From assembly GCA_000681355.2 (NCBI GenBank), contig JJNX02000001.1, forward strand, positions 1,555 through 65,554: a stretch of DNA of 64,000 bases. Reading direction: 5' to 3'. Source of the DNA: Peptococcaceae bacterium SCADC1_2_3 (GTDB lineage: Bacteria; Bacillota; Desulfotomaculia; Desulfotomaculales; Nap2-2B). How positions within the stretch are numbered: the first letter of the stretch is position 1; every line of letters starts with the position of its first letter. A program made the position numbers and the translations under genes. The notes below the pieces were generated by a model. It was not told the DNA's origin, did no database searches, and was given only the letters and a program-made list of their open reading frames with translations. This document shows, one piece after another, positions 8,515-19,017 of this stretch.

Positions 8515-8820
8515 ATGGCACGTAAAAAGAAAAGTGCAATTAACCAAACCAGAGGTATCCTGTACGGACTGGGTAAATTTTTAGGCGATGTTTTATCAGT
8601 ACAAAAGGGTACGGTAGGCAAGCGTGTAGCCAGAAGAGCAGCAGGTAAGGTGTCAGGCAGGTTATTGGGGAAGTTGTTTAAGTTAAGGATAGAAAAAATG
8701 TCAGAGCGATTTAAACCAACTGCACACTCCATTTTTACTTTCCATAAAATTACCCCCCTGCATCTGCATTTTCCCATCTTAGGTGGGCGAGGCAGGTGTT
8801 TAACTTTCTTCTTTCTTTAA
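8515..8820 (+). CDS. Small very basic hypothetical protein
   Basis: LYGLGKFLGDV..V.KG.VGKRVARRAAGK..GRLLGKLFK core; RBS AAGGAG. The tail runs through the islet boundary repeat. Confidence 0.55.
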   Translation: MARKKKSAINQTRGILYGLGKFLGDVLSVQKGTVGKRVARRAAGKVSGRLLGKLFKLRIEKMSERFKPTAHSIFTFHKITPLHLHFPILGGRGRCLTFFFL

Positions 8821-10371
8821 TAATCCGTATGCAATGCTGTCTACCAGGGCTTGCCAACTAGCTTCAATAATGTTAGGCGAAACTCCCACTGTTCCCCAGG
8901 AACGTTGACCGTCGCCGGTTTCAATAAGCACCCTTACCATCGCGCCGGTTCCGTCTTTTTCATCCAGCACCCGTACTTTGTAATCAGTAAGGTGCATTTT
9001 TTTAATTTCCGGGTAAGCTTCTTCTATAGCTTTACGCAGGGCATTATCTAAAGCGTTTACCGGCCCGTTTCCTTCGGCCGCGGTGTGAACGGTGTGGTTA
9101 TTAATAGTAATTTTAATGGTAGCCTCAGAATAAACGGTCCCATTTTCTCTTTTTTCAATTATGACGCGTAAATTTTCTAACTTAAACCGTTCCTTATGGC
9201 CCTGGTAAATTTTGCGTAAACGTAATTCCAGGGAGCCTTCTGCTCCTTCAAACTGGTAACCCTGGTGCTCTAATTCTTTAATCTCTTTTAAAATTGTGCG
9301 GTTTTCTTCTCCTGTTACGGGAGGAATAAAATTAAATTCTTTATATTTATATAAAAGATTTGAAGTTCCGCTAAGTTCTGAAACCAAAATCCGCCGCTGG
9401 TTGCCTACTATTGCCGGGTCAATATGTTCGTAAGTACTTGCCTCTTTTAAGATGGCGCTGGCGTGAACACCTCCTTTGTGGGCAAAGGCGCTTGACCCCA
9501 CGTAAGGCTGGGAGGACAGCGGATGCATGTTGGCCAGTTCACTAACGTAACGGGCCAGTTCGGTCAGCCGGACCAGGTTGTTAAAAGGAATGGTAATAAC
9601 CTTGCATTTTAAAGTTAAATTAGGAATAACAGAACAAAGGTTGGTATTGCCGCAGCGTTCCCCGTAGCCATTAATTGTGCCCTGAACCTGACTTGCGCCG
9701 GCCTGGACAGCGGCTACGGTATTGGCTACCGCTAATTCCCCGTCGTTATGGCAGTGAATACCCAGAGGAAGGTTTATCTCTTTCTTCACCTGGTCAATTA
9801 TAGGCCCCATTTCATGAGGCAAACTCCCGCCGTTAGTATCACATAGCACAATCACTTTTGCGCCTCCCTCCCGGGCTGCTTTTAAAGTAGCCAGGGCGTA
9901 TTCGGGATTTGCTTTAAAGCCATCAAAGAAATGCTCGGCGTCGTAAAAAACAGCTAACCCATTTTGACTTAAATAAGCAACAGATTGCTTAACCATGTTT
10001 AAATTTTCGGACAAAGAGGTAGCCAGGGCCCGGGTAACGTGAAAATCCCACGATTTTCCCACTATGGCAGCGGTAGACACTTTTGCCTCCAGAATACTCC
10101 GGATGTTTTTGTCTTCCGCGGCCTCCATACCAGGTTTTCGGGTACGCCCAAAAGCTACAATTTTTGTATTTACCAGGCGGTGCTCCTGTATGCGCTTAAA
10201 GTAAGTAATGTCTTTGGGATTAGAGCCTGGCCAGCCGCCCTCGACATAATGAAAACCTAATTTATCCAGTTTTAAAGTTATTTTTATTTTATCTTCAACC
10301 GAGAAGGAGATGCCTTCTCCTTGCGTCCCATCGCGTAACGTGGTGTCGTAAATTTCTACCGTAGTCAACAT
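8800..10371 (-). CDS. cimA: Citramalate synthase (LeuA family)
   Basis: DTTLRDGTQGEG, EGGWPGSNPKD, YDAEHFFDG, GERCGN, AFAHKGGVH and LeuA regulatory domain. Confidence 0.92.
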   Translation of the reverse strand: MLTTVEIYDTTLRDGTQGEGISFSVEDKIKITLKLDKLGFHYVEGGWPGSNPKDITYFKRIQEHRLVNTKIVAFGRTRKPGMEAAEDKNIRSILEAKVSTAAIVGKSWDFHVTRALATSLSENLNMVKQSVAYLSQNGLAVFYDAEHFFDGFKANPEYALATLKAAREGGAKVIVLCDTNGGSLPHEMGPIIDQVKKEINLPLGIHCHNDGELAVANTVAAVQAGASQVQGTINGYGERCGNTNLCSVIPNLTLKCKVITIPFNNLVRLTELARYVSELANMHPLSSQPYVGSSAFAHKGGVHASAILKEASTYEHIDPAIVGNQRRILVSELSGTSNLLYKYKEFNFIPPVTGEENRTILKEIKELEHQGYQFEGAEGSLELRLRKIYQGHKERFKLENLRVIIEKRENGTVYSEATIKITINNHTVHTAAEGNGPVNALDNALRKAIEEAYPEIKKMHLTDYKVRVLDEKDGTGAMVRVLIETGDGQRSWGTVGVSPNIIEASWQALVDSIAYGLLKKEES

Positions 10372-10451
10372 TTTCGCTCCCTCAAATGCTTCATAAAGTC
10401 TAATTTAATCTAAGATAGTTTAACTTCTTAATCCTCTTACTACGTTATTTT

Positions 10452-11021
10452 TTATTCTTTTGATATTTGAACTTCTAACTCATGTTTTAAAGGATTTAAT
10501 TTTTCCTCGTACGACTGCTTTAAAAAAGCCAGGTCTTGTTGCCATTCATCTTTTGCCGCGGGATTAATTTCTATAATTGCCTCTCCGGAAATTTTAAGGG
10601 CTGTTAACCTTTTTCTTCCTTCTATTGCTAACTCCTCTTTTTTCTTTTGGTTTATTTGGTCGTACTGTTCAAAAAGGGCCTTTATTTTTTCAATTATTTC
10701 TTTAAAGGCTGTCTGTTCCTCAAAGATTACGGAAAGGGCTTGCTTGACAGCCGTTAATCTTTTTTGGTTACCTGTTTCAATGGCCTGGATAAGTTTTATG
10801 GCCATGGCCTGTTTAACTACTTCTTTTTCCTTACCAAAGTATCTTTTTAGTTCATGTTCTAATTGACGCGGGTCAGCTTGCTCTAAATATCTAACCGCTA
10901 AATTACTTCCAATCATTGAGCATTTTTCAACGTTATATTTGTCTATCTGGTCTTTAGGTAATTCCTTAATATTTTGGGCTTTTTCCATGGCTATTTCCCA
11001 GGCTTTTTTTATTTCGTCCAT
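10452..11021 (-). CDS. Hypothetical helical protein
   Basis: 189-aa ORF, RBS AAGGAG, IKKAWEIAMEK N-terminus. Confidence 0.7.
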   Translation of the reverse strand: MDEIKKAWEIAMEKAQNIKELPKDQIDKYNVEKCSMIGSNLAVRYLEQADPRQLEHELKRYFGKEKEVVKQAMAIKLIQAIETGNQKRLTAVKQALSVIFEEQTAFKEIIEKIKALFEQYDQINQKKKEELAIEGRKRLTALKISGEAIIEINPAAKDEWQQDLAFLKQSYEEKLNPLKHELEVQISKE

Positions 11022-11129
11022 ATTTTTTCTCCTTAACGCTATACTTTTTGTTTACTTCCTTATATAATAACTTATAATTTTTCTAAAAAAAATGTTTTTT
11101 AAAGAAATTTTTTAAGAGGAGGACTTATT

Positions 11130-11861
11130 ATGTTTCATGAAAATGCTGATTACCAATCGGTAAAAGTACTTGAAAATCTATACGGCTACCTTTGGCAAGG
11201 TATAGGCAATAACTGCAATACTTATCTTTTTGCCCATCTTCTTGAAGGAAAATGTCCCCACGTGCTCATTGATCCAGGACATATTTCCAATGAATTTGGT
11301 AGTCCGTGTTTTGACCAGCTTTTGGTCGCCTTGCAAAAAGACGGGTTTGATGCTGCCTCCATTGGTTTAATTATAAACACCCATGCTCACCCGGATCACT
11401 GTGAAGCAAACCAGGCCTTAAAACAAAAAAATGGGGAAGTGCTTATCGCCCTTTCCCAAATAGAAGATGAGTTTCGTAAAACAGTGGGTGAAAAATTATA
11501 TGCTCTGCTAGGAATGACCGCTCCAGTCTTTGAGCCACTTTTGCTTTTAAGGGAAGGCCAGTTAAATTTGGGCGAAATTTCTTTACGTTTAATTCACACC
11601 CCCGGCCACTCACCAGGTTCTATATCTATGTATTGGGAGGAGAAGAAAGTCCTGATTACCGGCGATGTTCTATTTGTAGGCAGTATTGGCCGTACAGACT
11701 TTCCCAGCGGGGACATATCTCTTTTAGAGCAAAGCATCAACAAACTGGCCTCCTTAGAAATTGATTACTTGCTTACCGGCCACGCCACAGAATACGGGAG
11801 CATTTTAACTGATCAGGATAAAATTAAACGTAATTTTCAAATGGTCCGGTTATTTTTTTAA
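11130..11861 (+). CDS. MBL-fold metallo-hydrolase
   Basis: THAHPDH, HTPGHSPG, TGD and GH motifs. Confidence 0.88.
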   Translation: MFHENADYQSVKVLENLYGYLWQGIGNNCNTYLFAHLLEGKCPHVLIDPGHISNEFGSPCFDQLLVALQKDGFDAASIGLIINTHAHPDHCEANQALKQKNGEVLIALSQIEDEFRKTVGEKLYALLGMTAPVFEPLLLLREGQLNLGEISLRLIHTPGHSPGSISMYWEEKKVLITGDVLFVGSIGRTDFPSGDISLLEQSINKLASLEIDYLLTGHATEYGSILTDQDKIKRNFQMVRLFF

Positions 11862-11869
11862 AGTTATTT

Positions 11870-12505
11870 TCATTTTGGCGCGGTTTCCTTGGCCATTCTT
11901 TCCTGCAATTTTTCTCTTTGCCAGCGGTGAATATCGTCTAAAGCAGGTGGGGCAACGTAAAATACCTGAATTGAAGCAGGAAATTGCACGGCGTGTTCTT
12001 CACGGATAAACAAAGCCCCTACCTCGCTTTCTTTTAAAGTTGCGTCAATTTGTTGGGCCATAAAGTTATATCTTTTTTGACCGGCCTCCTGATAAAATTC
12101 GGTAACTTTTTGAAACACTTTTTCCGTCATAATTACCTGCAAACAATTGCCCCAATCAACAAATTCATAAAATAAATTAACATCCTCGGTGGTCTGGATT
12201 TCTGCCCCCTTATCATACTTGCTTTTGATAAGCTGGTAGCCTTTTTCATTTAACTCTTTGATTATATTTAAGCCTTCTTCGCCATTATGTAAATTGGTTT
12301 CACAATAAATCTTATTTATTATCCCAATTTTTAGCTCTAGTTTATTTATCTGTTCTGCTACTTGTTGCCAGTAATGCTCAATTAATTTTAAATAATCCTG
12401 GGGGAAATTATCCCTGGCGTAAAATAAAGGCACCAAAAATAATTTCCTCCCTTTTTTAAATTCTTCTACGTTGGGTTTTTCAATTTTGCCCAGTATTTCC
12501 GACAT
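11870..12505 (-). CDS. Hypothetical protein
   Basis: 211-aa ORF 3 bp downstream of the cupin gene. Confidence 0.7.
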   Translation of the reverse strand: MSEILGKIEKPNVEEFKKGRKLFLVPLFYARDNFPQDYLKLIEHYWQQVAEQINKLELKIGIINKIYCETNLHNGEEGLNIIKELNEKGYQLIKSKYDKGAEIQTTEDVNLFYEFVDWGNCLQVIMTEKVFQKVTEFYQEAGQKRYNFMAQQIDATLKESEVGALFIREEHAVQFPASIQVFYVAPPALDDIHRWQREKLQERMAKETAPK

Positions 12506-12508
12506 ATT

Positions 12509-12898
12509 TTATTCCTCACTAATCCCTTCGTAAAAACCAATAAGCTTTCCTTCTTCAGTGTAAGGAGTCATTGTTGTCGGTGGTGTATTAACGGTAAGGT
12601 AAACGGCATTTCCCTCTCCAATATTTTCTATGGCGTGAGGGGTGGTGGATTTATGCCACAGAATATCCCCTTCTTCTAGTTCATATTCTTTATCACCAAC
12701 GCTGCATTTAACTTTGCCTTTTAACATAATACGCAATTCTTCCCCTTCATGAGCGTAAAATCCCGTCCCATTTCCAGGTTCAAATTCTACTTCTACTCCA
12801 ATTAATTTATTAGACCTTGCCACCACCCGATATGTTTTACCTTCAATCTTTCTTTCTTCCTGGTACTTGCCTTTTTTTCTTAAAATTGCCTCCTCCAT
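12509..12898 (-). CDS. Cupin-domain protein
   Basis: HEGEE...GD.L....PH cupin motifs. Confidence 0.85.
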   Translation of the reverse strand: MEEAILRKKGKYQEERKIEGKTYRVVARSNKLIGVEVEFEPGNGTGFYAHEGEELRIMLKGKVKCSVGDKEYELEEGDILWHKSTTPHAIENIGEGNAVYLTVNTPPTTMTPYTEEGKLIGFYEGISEE

Positions 12899-12999
12899 TA
12901 TTGTTATCTCCCTTTCTTATTTTTTACTGCAATATTAATTTAGTTTACTTTACCATAAAAGTCAATCATAAATCAGGATATATTTAATATGGAGGTTTC

Positions 13000-14049
<1,050 letters not shown>

Positions 14050-14177
14050 TCACTCTCCTTTAAGTAAAATTAAATAAAATCTTTATAAACAGTATATTTG
14101 GCCTATGAAATAATGTTATAATTAAGGTATCCATTTTTTTATTGAATATTAGTTATAGAAAAGAGGAACGCAGGGCT

Positions 14178-14705
14178 ATGAATGCTTTAATGGTTATTGA
14201 CCTGCTTAAAGATTTTCTTGAACCCCAAGGTGCCTTATACTGCGGGGAGGCAGCCCGTCAAATTATTCCTTTTGTCACCGCAAAAGTAACGGAATTCAGA
14301 CAAAAGGAGCAGCCCGTTATTTTTATTATGGACGCGCACCAGAAGGATGACCTGGAATTTAACCGTTTTCCGGTCCACTGTCTTGCGGGTAGTTGGGGGG
14401 CGGAGCTAATTGATGATCTGGCTGACCAGGCCGAAGAATACGCCCTGGCTAAAAAAATTTTTAAGCAACGCTACAGTGGTTTTTACGGCACTCCCCTGGC
14501 GGAAAATTTAAGAGAACTTGCTCCTGAAGAAGTGCAGGTGGTGGGTGTTTGCACAAATATTTGTGTTCTTTATACCGTAGAAGAATTGTGCAACCGTGAT
14601 TATAAAGTTGTCGTTTACCGGCAGGGGGTGGCCAGTTTTGACCTCCAAGCGCATAATTGGGCTCTGGCCCAAATGGAATCTGTTTTAGGAACAAATGTCT
14701 TGTAA
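14178..14705 (+). CDS. Isochorismatase/nicotinamidase-family cysteine hydrolase
   Basis: VIDLLKDF, D.H, PVHC, K.RYSGF and GVCTNICV. Confidence 0.88.
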   Translation: MNALMVIDLLKDFLEPQGALYCGEAARQIIPFVTAKVTEFRQKEQPVIFIMDAHQKDDLEFNRFPVHCLAGSWGAELIDDLADQAEEYALAKKIFKQRYSGFYGTPLAENLRELAPEEVQVVGVCTNICVLYTVEELCNRDYKVVVYRQGVASFDLQAHNWALAQMESVLGTNVL

Positions 14706-15555
14706 CATGTACTATGTAGACTATCATATTCACCCGGGTTATTCGGTGGACGCGGAAGACGTTAGTCTTTTTGCTTACTGTCACCGGGCGCTGCAACTAG
14801 GTTTAAAAGAAATTTGCTTTACCCCCCATCTTGAAGTAGATCCCGCAAGGCGGCATCTGGATTGGTTTGTAAGGGTTGATGGCTGTCGTTATCCTATGGA
14901 GCATAGTTACTGGTTAGATAAATATTTTCTTGAACTGGATCAGGTTAAGCAACAGTTTAAAACCGCCCAATTAAAGATTAAAGCAGGTATAGAAGTTGGC
15001 TTTGAAAAAGGATACGAAAAGGAAATTGAAAAAAAACTGGTTAATTATCCCTTTGATTTTGTTTTGGGGGCGGTTCACTGTCTGGAACACAAAGCCATAT
15101 CTTCAGCGAGTGAATGTGAGGAATATTTTGCTTCGCGTAGCTTAACCCACGTGATTAAAGAGTATTTTACCACACTTGAATTAGCTGTCAAGACCGGCCT
15201 TTTTGATTGTATGGCCCATTTTGACCTTTACCGGCGTTTCGGCGAAAAATATTTTGGCCCCCAAATTTTAGAGGCCCACCATGGCTTAATAGAGTCTGTC
15301 CTGACTGAAATGGCAAAAAAACGAATAGGATTGGAACTTAACACCTCCGGTATTCGCCGGGGTCTGACGGAATTTCACCCTGGCGGGGATATCCTTTTAT
15401 TAGCCAGGGAAAACGGAATAAATATTTTTACCATTGGTTCTGACGCTCACCAGTTAAAAGATTTAGGAGACCACGTGCCCCGGGCAGTAGCTCTTTTATA
15501 TAAATTAAAACTGCCGGTGCATATTTTTACCGCACGCCATCCGTTTGAGATTTAA
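14695..15555 (+). CDS. PHP-family histidinol phosphatase (HisJ/HisK type)
   Basis: DYHIH, FTPH, GAVH, AHFD and GSDAH. Confidence 0.82.
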   Translation: MSCNMYYVDYHIHPGYSVDAEDVSLFAYCHRALQLGLKEICFTPHLEVDPARRHLDWFVRVDGCRYPMEHSYWLDKYFLELDQVKQQFKTAQLKIKAGIEVGFEKGYEKEIEKKLVNYPFDFVLGAVHCLEHKAISSASECEEYFASRSLTHVIKEYFTTLELAVKTGLFDCMAHFDLYRRFGEKYFGPQILEAHHGLIESVLTEMAKKRIGLELNTSGIRRGLTEFHPGGDILLLARENGINIFTIGSDAHQLKDLGDHVPRAVALLYKLKLPVHIFTARHPFEI

Positions 15556-15636
15556 GAAGAAATTTGTTTCTGATTACTTAAAAATTTACCCTAAACAGTT
15601 TTTTCGCGCCTGGACAAACCTCCCCGGGTTACATTA

Positions 15637-15726
15637 CAGTAGGGGCTAGGATGTAGGGGAAACGAAAACGTAGGGGCTAGCTAAATCCTAAATCCTAAAT
15701 CCTAAATCCTAAATCCTAAATCCTAA
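15637..15726 (+). repeat. Dispersed GTAGGGG-rich element followed by a (TAAATCC)6 tandem repeat
   Basis: Six exact 7-mers at 15682-15723; an inverted copy of the element lies at 21596-21659. Confidence 0.85.
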
Positions 15727-15740
15727 GTGGAGGGCAGCAC

Positions 15741-16541
15741 ATGACCTTAAAGGTTGGAAAAACGGTTAAAAGATACGATAAAGGTAACATTACGGCTGCT
15801 TTTGGCGCTGACTTATTTATCCGGGGAGTTACCAGCATCCCAAATTTACTGCTACGTTATTACCCCATCATTGGTCTTAGTGATGCAGAAATGATGCTTT
15901 TAATTCAATTACTTCGTTTACGAACCGAAGAAAAAGAATATTATCCTTCTCCAGAGGTATTAGCCGAATGCCTAACCCGGGATTACCGTCAAATAGAACA
16001 TGATTTAGCCAGCCTTTTAGAAAAAGAAATGCTTTCTACCACCCAATATTATAATGAAGAACGAAAGGAAGTTTTTCTCGGGTATGATTTTGAACCTTTA
16101 TATGAAAAAATATCAGAAATATGGGCCTGTACTAAAGTAAAAGAAATTGAAAAAATTCGTCAAGTCTCGGATGGTCCTAGCTTGACAGACGAAAGTAAGT
16201 TAGTCGTTTTGGTTAAAACCTTTGAAAATGAATTTGGCCGCCCTTTATCGCCTATTGAAATAGAACAAATTGAAAAATGGGCCTTGGAAGCAGACCAGGG
16301 AATAATTTTAGAGGCTTTGCGACGGGCCGTCTTAATGGGAAAGCATAACTTTAAATATATTGACCGCATTCTTTTGCGCTGGCAAAAAAATAATTTACGG
16401 AACCTAGAGGCTATTACGGCGTACGACCAGCAATTTTTAACCCAAAAGGACAAAAAAAACACAACCCCTCCCCGCAATGAGGGTAAAAAGAACACAAACA
16501 CCAAGAAAAAGGAGTTAATCAAGAATCTTTATTTGAGCTAA
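15741..16541 (+). CDS. dnaD: DnaD-domain replication protein
   Basis: IPNLLLRYY N-terminus; FENEFGRPLSPIE...EAL..AV....NFKYIDRIL..W. Confidence 0.85.
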   Translation: MTLKVGKTVKRYDKGNITAAFGADLFIRGVTSIPNLLLRYYPIIGLSDAEMMLLIQLLRLRTEEKEYYPSPEVLAECLTRDYRQIEHDLASLLEKEMLSTTQYYNEERKEVFLGYDFEPLYEKISEIWACTKVKEIEKIRQVSDGPSLTDESKLVVLVKTFENEFGRPLSPIEIEQIEKWALEADQGIILEALRRAVLMGKHNFKYIDRILLRWQKNNLRNLEAITAYDQQFLTQKDKKNTTPPRNEGKKNTNTKKKELIKNLYLS

Positions 16542-16572
16542 ATAAAAAAAGTAAAAAACTTAACCATCAGTA

Positions 16573-16600
16573 GTAGGGGCGTTAAATTTAACGCCCCTAG
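16573..16600. repeat. 28-bp REP palindrome GTAGGGGCGTTAAATTTAACGCCCCTA(C/G), copy 1
   Basis: Near-perfect palindrome; other copies at 27471, 29300, 48944 and 49394. Confidence 0.85.
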
Positions 16601-16633
16601 CTGAAAAATATTTTCTTAAAAAGGAGTAATTAA

Positions 16634-17365
16634 ATGGCTTTCTGCAGTAAATGCAACGACCGGGGGGTAATTGTCCAAAATGAGCTGGCGGTAATATGCA
16701 GTTGCCGGCAGCAAAGAACATTAGTTAACCGGCTTAAAGAATCGGGATTGCCCTTACGAATGCAAGCCTATACTTTTGCTGATTTTAATTTTAAGTATTA
16801 CTCTCGTAAAAATATTGACCCGGCAAAAGGAACAACCTTTTACGAACTGGCTAAAATTACTTTTAAGGCGGCAAAAGATTTTGTGGCCCATTTTAAACAA
16901 AACAACTACCTTGACGGATTATTTCTTACCGGTCCGGTAGGGAGCGGAAAAACTTTTTTAGCCTGTAGTATAGCCAATGCCCTCATAAAAGAAGGATACC
17001 AGGTTTTATTTATTGTGGTCCCTGATTTATTGGACCAACTGCGCGCCACTTACGAACCAGGACGTTTACCCGGTGAGGATACGGAAGCCGACATTTTAGC
17101 CAAAGCCCAGAAAACCCCGTTATTAATTTTAGATGACCTCGGCGCCCACAATTACACCGAATGGACGCGCAATAAGCTTTATTCTATTTTTAACTACCGG
17201 CTTAATCACTGTTTACCATTAGTTATCACCAGCAATATAAAATTAGAAGATTTAGAGGATTATTTAGGTGAACGTACCACCTCACGACTCTATCAAATGT
17301 GCCGGCCATACAGGTTACTGATCGAGGTAGATATTAGAATGGTTCAGCGGGGAGAAAAAATTTAA
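16634..17365 (+). CDS. DnaC/DnaI-like (IstB-type) AAA+ helicase loader
   Basis: N-terminal Cys cluster, GPVGSGKT Walker A, LILDDLG Walker B, TSN; follows dnaD. Confidence 0.85.
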   Translation: MAFCSKCNDRGVIVQNELAVICSCRQQRTLVNRLKESGLPLRMQAYTFADFNFKYYSRKNIDPAKGTTFYELAKITFKAAKDFVAHFKQNNYLDGLFLTGPVGSGKTFLACSIANALIKEGYQVLFIVVPDLLDQLRATYEPGRLPGEDTEADILAKAQKTPLLILDDLGAHNYTEWTRNKLYSIFNYRLNHCLPLVITSNIKLEDLEDYLGERTTSRLYQMCRPYRLLIEVDIRMVQRGEKI

Positions 17366-17402
17366 GTGGACCGTTAATGGCTGACAACTGTCCGCCAAAT
17401 AG

Positions 17403-18815
17403 CTATAAATATTTTTTTACTACCTTTGTTCCGCTGCAAATAAAAAGAACGTTTCTTTTATCAACAACTGTTTCTAAATTTACCGGCTTACCCCATATAA
17501 GATAAACATAGGGGAGGGTATTTTCTAAATAAAAAACATCCAGCTCAGACCCTTCAAAATGGTGTTTTAAATACAACTCTCCTTGGTTATTATAATCTCC
17601 GTTTTCTAAGGTAAGGTAAGGGTATCCGCCATTGGTTAAATTAACTACTATGTTATCCCGTACCATTTCCCAGTTTTTATCTGTAATTCGCCATTCCTGA
17701 CCCTTTTTTTCGTAAACGTAAAGATCACATTCTTTAATCAATTCTTTAGTTAAATAATTTCGCAAAAAAGAAATGTCATTTTCCGTTGCCCGCACTTCAA
17801 ATATTTTTTCCCGGCCTTCTCCTCCAGGGCGGCGGAATTTTTCCTTTTCTTTATCGGTGGGGTTATTCCACCGCTTTTCAATGTCTTCAAATATTTTTAA
17901 ACCCAAATAGTAAGGATTTATATGCCAGGGAGAAGATTGGGTTACCTCGGCATGCATTTTAGCAAAATCTATTACCTCTTTTTCCGCAAGCTCTATTTCG
18001 CGTAAAATACGAAGGTGCCAGTAAGTGGCCCATCCTTCATTCATAATTTTGGTTTCCAGTTGGGGCCAAAAATACAGCATATCCTGACGAACAATAGAAA
18101 TAACATCACGTTGCCAGTCCTCAATACCTTTGGCGTGTTCCATTAAAAAAAGAAGTAAATCCTTTTGTGGTTTAACAGGAAAAGTTTTAGGCTTACTATC
18201 TTTATCTTTGTCTTTTGCTTTTAGGTCAAGTTTCCATAAATCATCATAAGGAGTTTCTTTTTCTTTTTCCTTTTCCATAACGTTCATAGAGCCAGGTTTC
18301 TTTTTTTCAAGGTAATAATAAGGGTCAATATGCTCCTGAATGGAGAGAACAGCATCTAAAAATTTTTCTACTTTATCCTTACCGTATCGAAATTCGTAAG
18401 CGCGTAGCCTCTGGGCAGCGCTGGCCATAGAATCTAAAATATACTCCGAAGGTGTTTGCTTAAAATGAACATTGTTTTTAAAAAAGTCGCTATGGGCCAG
18501 GACATGAGCAATGACTAATTTATTTTGAATTAAAGAATTTCCTTCCAAAAGAAAGGCGTAACAAGGGTTAGAATTTATTACCATTTCGTATATCCGGCTA
18601 AGATTATAATCATACTGAGTTTTCATTTTATGGTATGCCTTGCCATAAGTCCAGTGGGTATATCTGGTAGGCATTCCGTAAGCGCCAAAAGTATAAATTA
18701 TTTCCACCGGACAAATTTCAAAGTGCATGGCGTAAAAGTCCAAACCAAACTCACTGGCTTTAGCCGTAATATTTTCTACTGCTTTTTCCAGTAAGAACAA
18801 TTCGTCTGACTTCAA
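17403..18815 (-). CDS. spoVR: Stage V sporulation protein R
   Basis: GMPTRYTHW, IYEMVINSNP, AHVLAHSDFFKNN and KIMNEGWA. Confidence 0.93.
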   Translation of the reverse strand: MKSDELFLLEKAVENITAKASEFGLDFYAMHFEICPVEIIYTFGAYGMPTRYTHWTYGKAYHKMKTQYDYNLSRIYEMVINSNPCYAFLLEGNSLIQNKLVIAHVLAHSDFFKNNVHFKQTPSEYILDSMASAAQRLRAYEFRYGKDKVEKFLDAVLSIQEHIDPYYYLEKKKPGSMNVMEKEKEKETPYDDLWKLDLKAKDKDKDSKPKTFPVKPQKDLLLFLMEHAKGIEDWQRDVISIVRQDMLYFWPQLETKIMNEGWATYWHLRILREIELAEKEVIDFAKMHAEVTQSSPWHINPYYLGLKIFEDIEKRWNNPTDKEKEKFRRPGGEGREKIFEVRATENDISFLRNYLTKELIKECDLYVYEKKGQEWRITDKNWEMVRDNIVVNLTNGGYPYLTLENGDYNNQGELYLKHHFEGSELDVFYLENTLPYVYLIWGKPVNLETVVDKRNVLFICSGTKVVKKYL

Positions 18816-19017
18816 CTTCTCTCACCTCTATTTAACGGTTTAAAATATCTGCGGTAGGCATATTCTAAAATATTCTAATAATATATATTTATGTATAGGA
18901 TGAATAAAAGATTTATGGAAATTTAAAACTCGGGCACCGTGAAAAGGTTTAAGTTTAAATCATGGTGCTCTTTGTTTAAGAGCCAAGAGCTAAAATTTAA
19001 AAGGAGGTCAGCATAAA

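Larger units (their letters stand above)
4795..8783. mobile_element. ~4-kb accessory islet bounded by 27-bp direct repeats
   Basis: CCTGCATCTGCATTTTCCCAT(T/C)TTAGG at 4795-4821 and 8757-8783 (1 mismatch). Lies between convergent trxB-like and cimA genes; the content is all mobile or conflict genes. Confidence 0.75.

Noticed and set aside
8364-8777. 137-aa minus-strand ORF
   Set aside because: Antisense to the small basic protein, which has the RBS and the more protein-like sequence
15741-17365. dnaD plus DnaC-like ATPase as a prophage replication module or IS21 istB
   Set aside because: No phage genes, istA or terminal repeats nearby; flanked by housekeeping and sporulation genes
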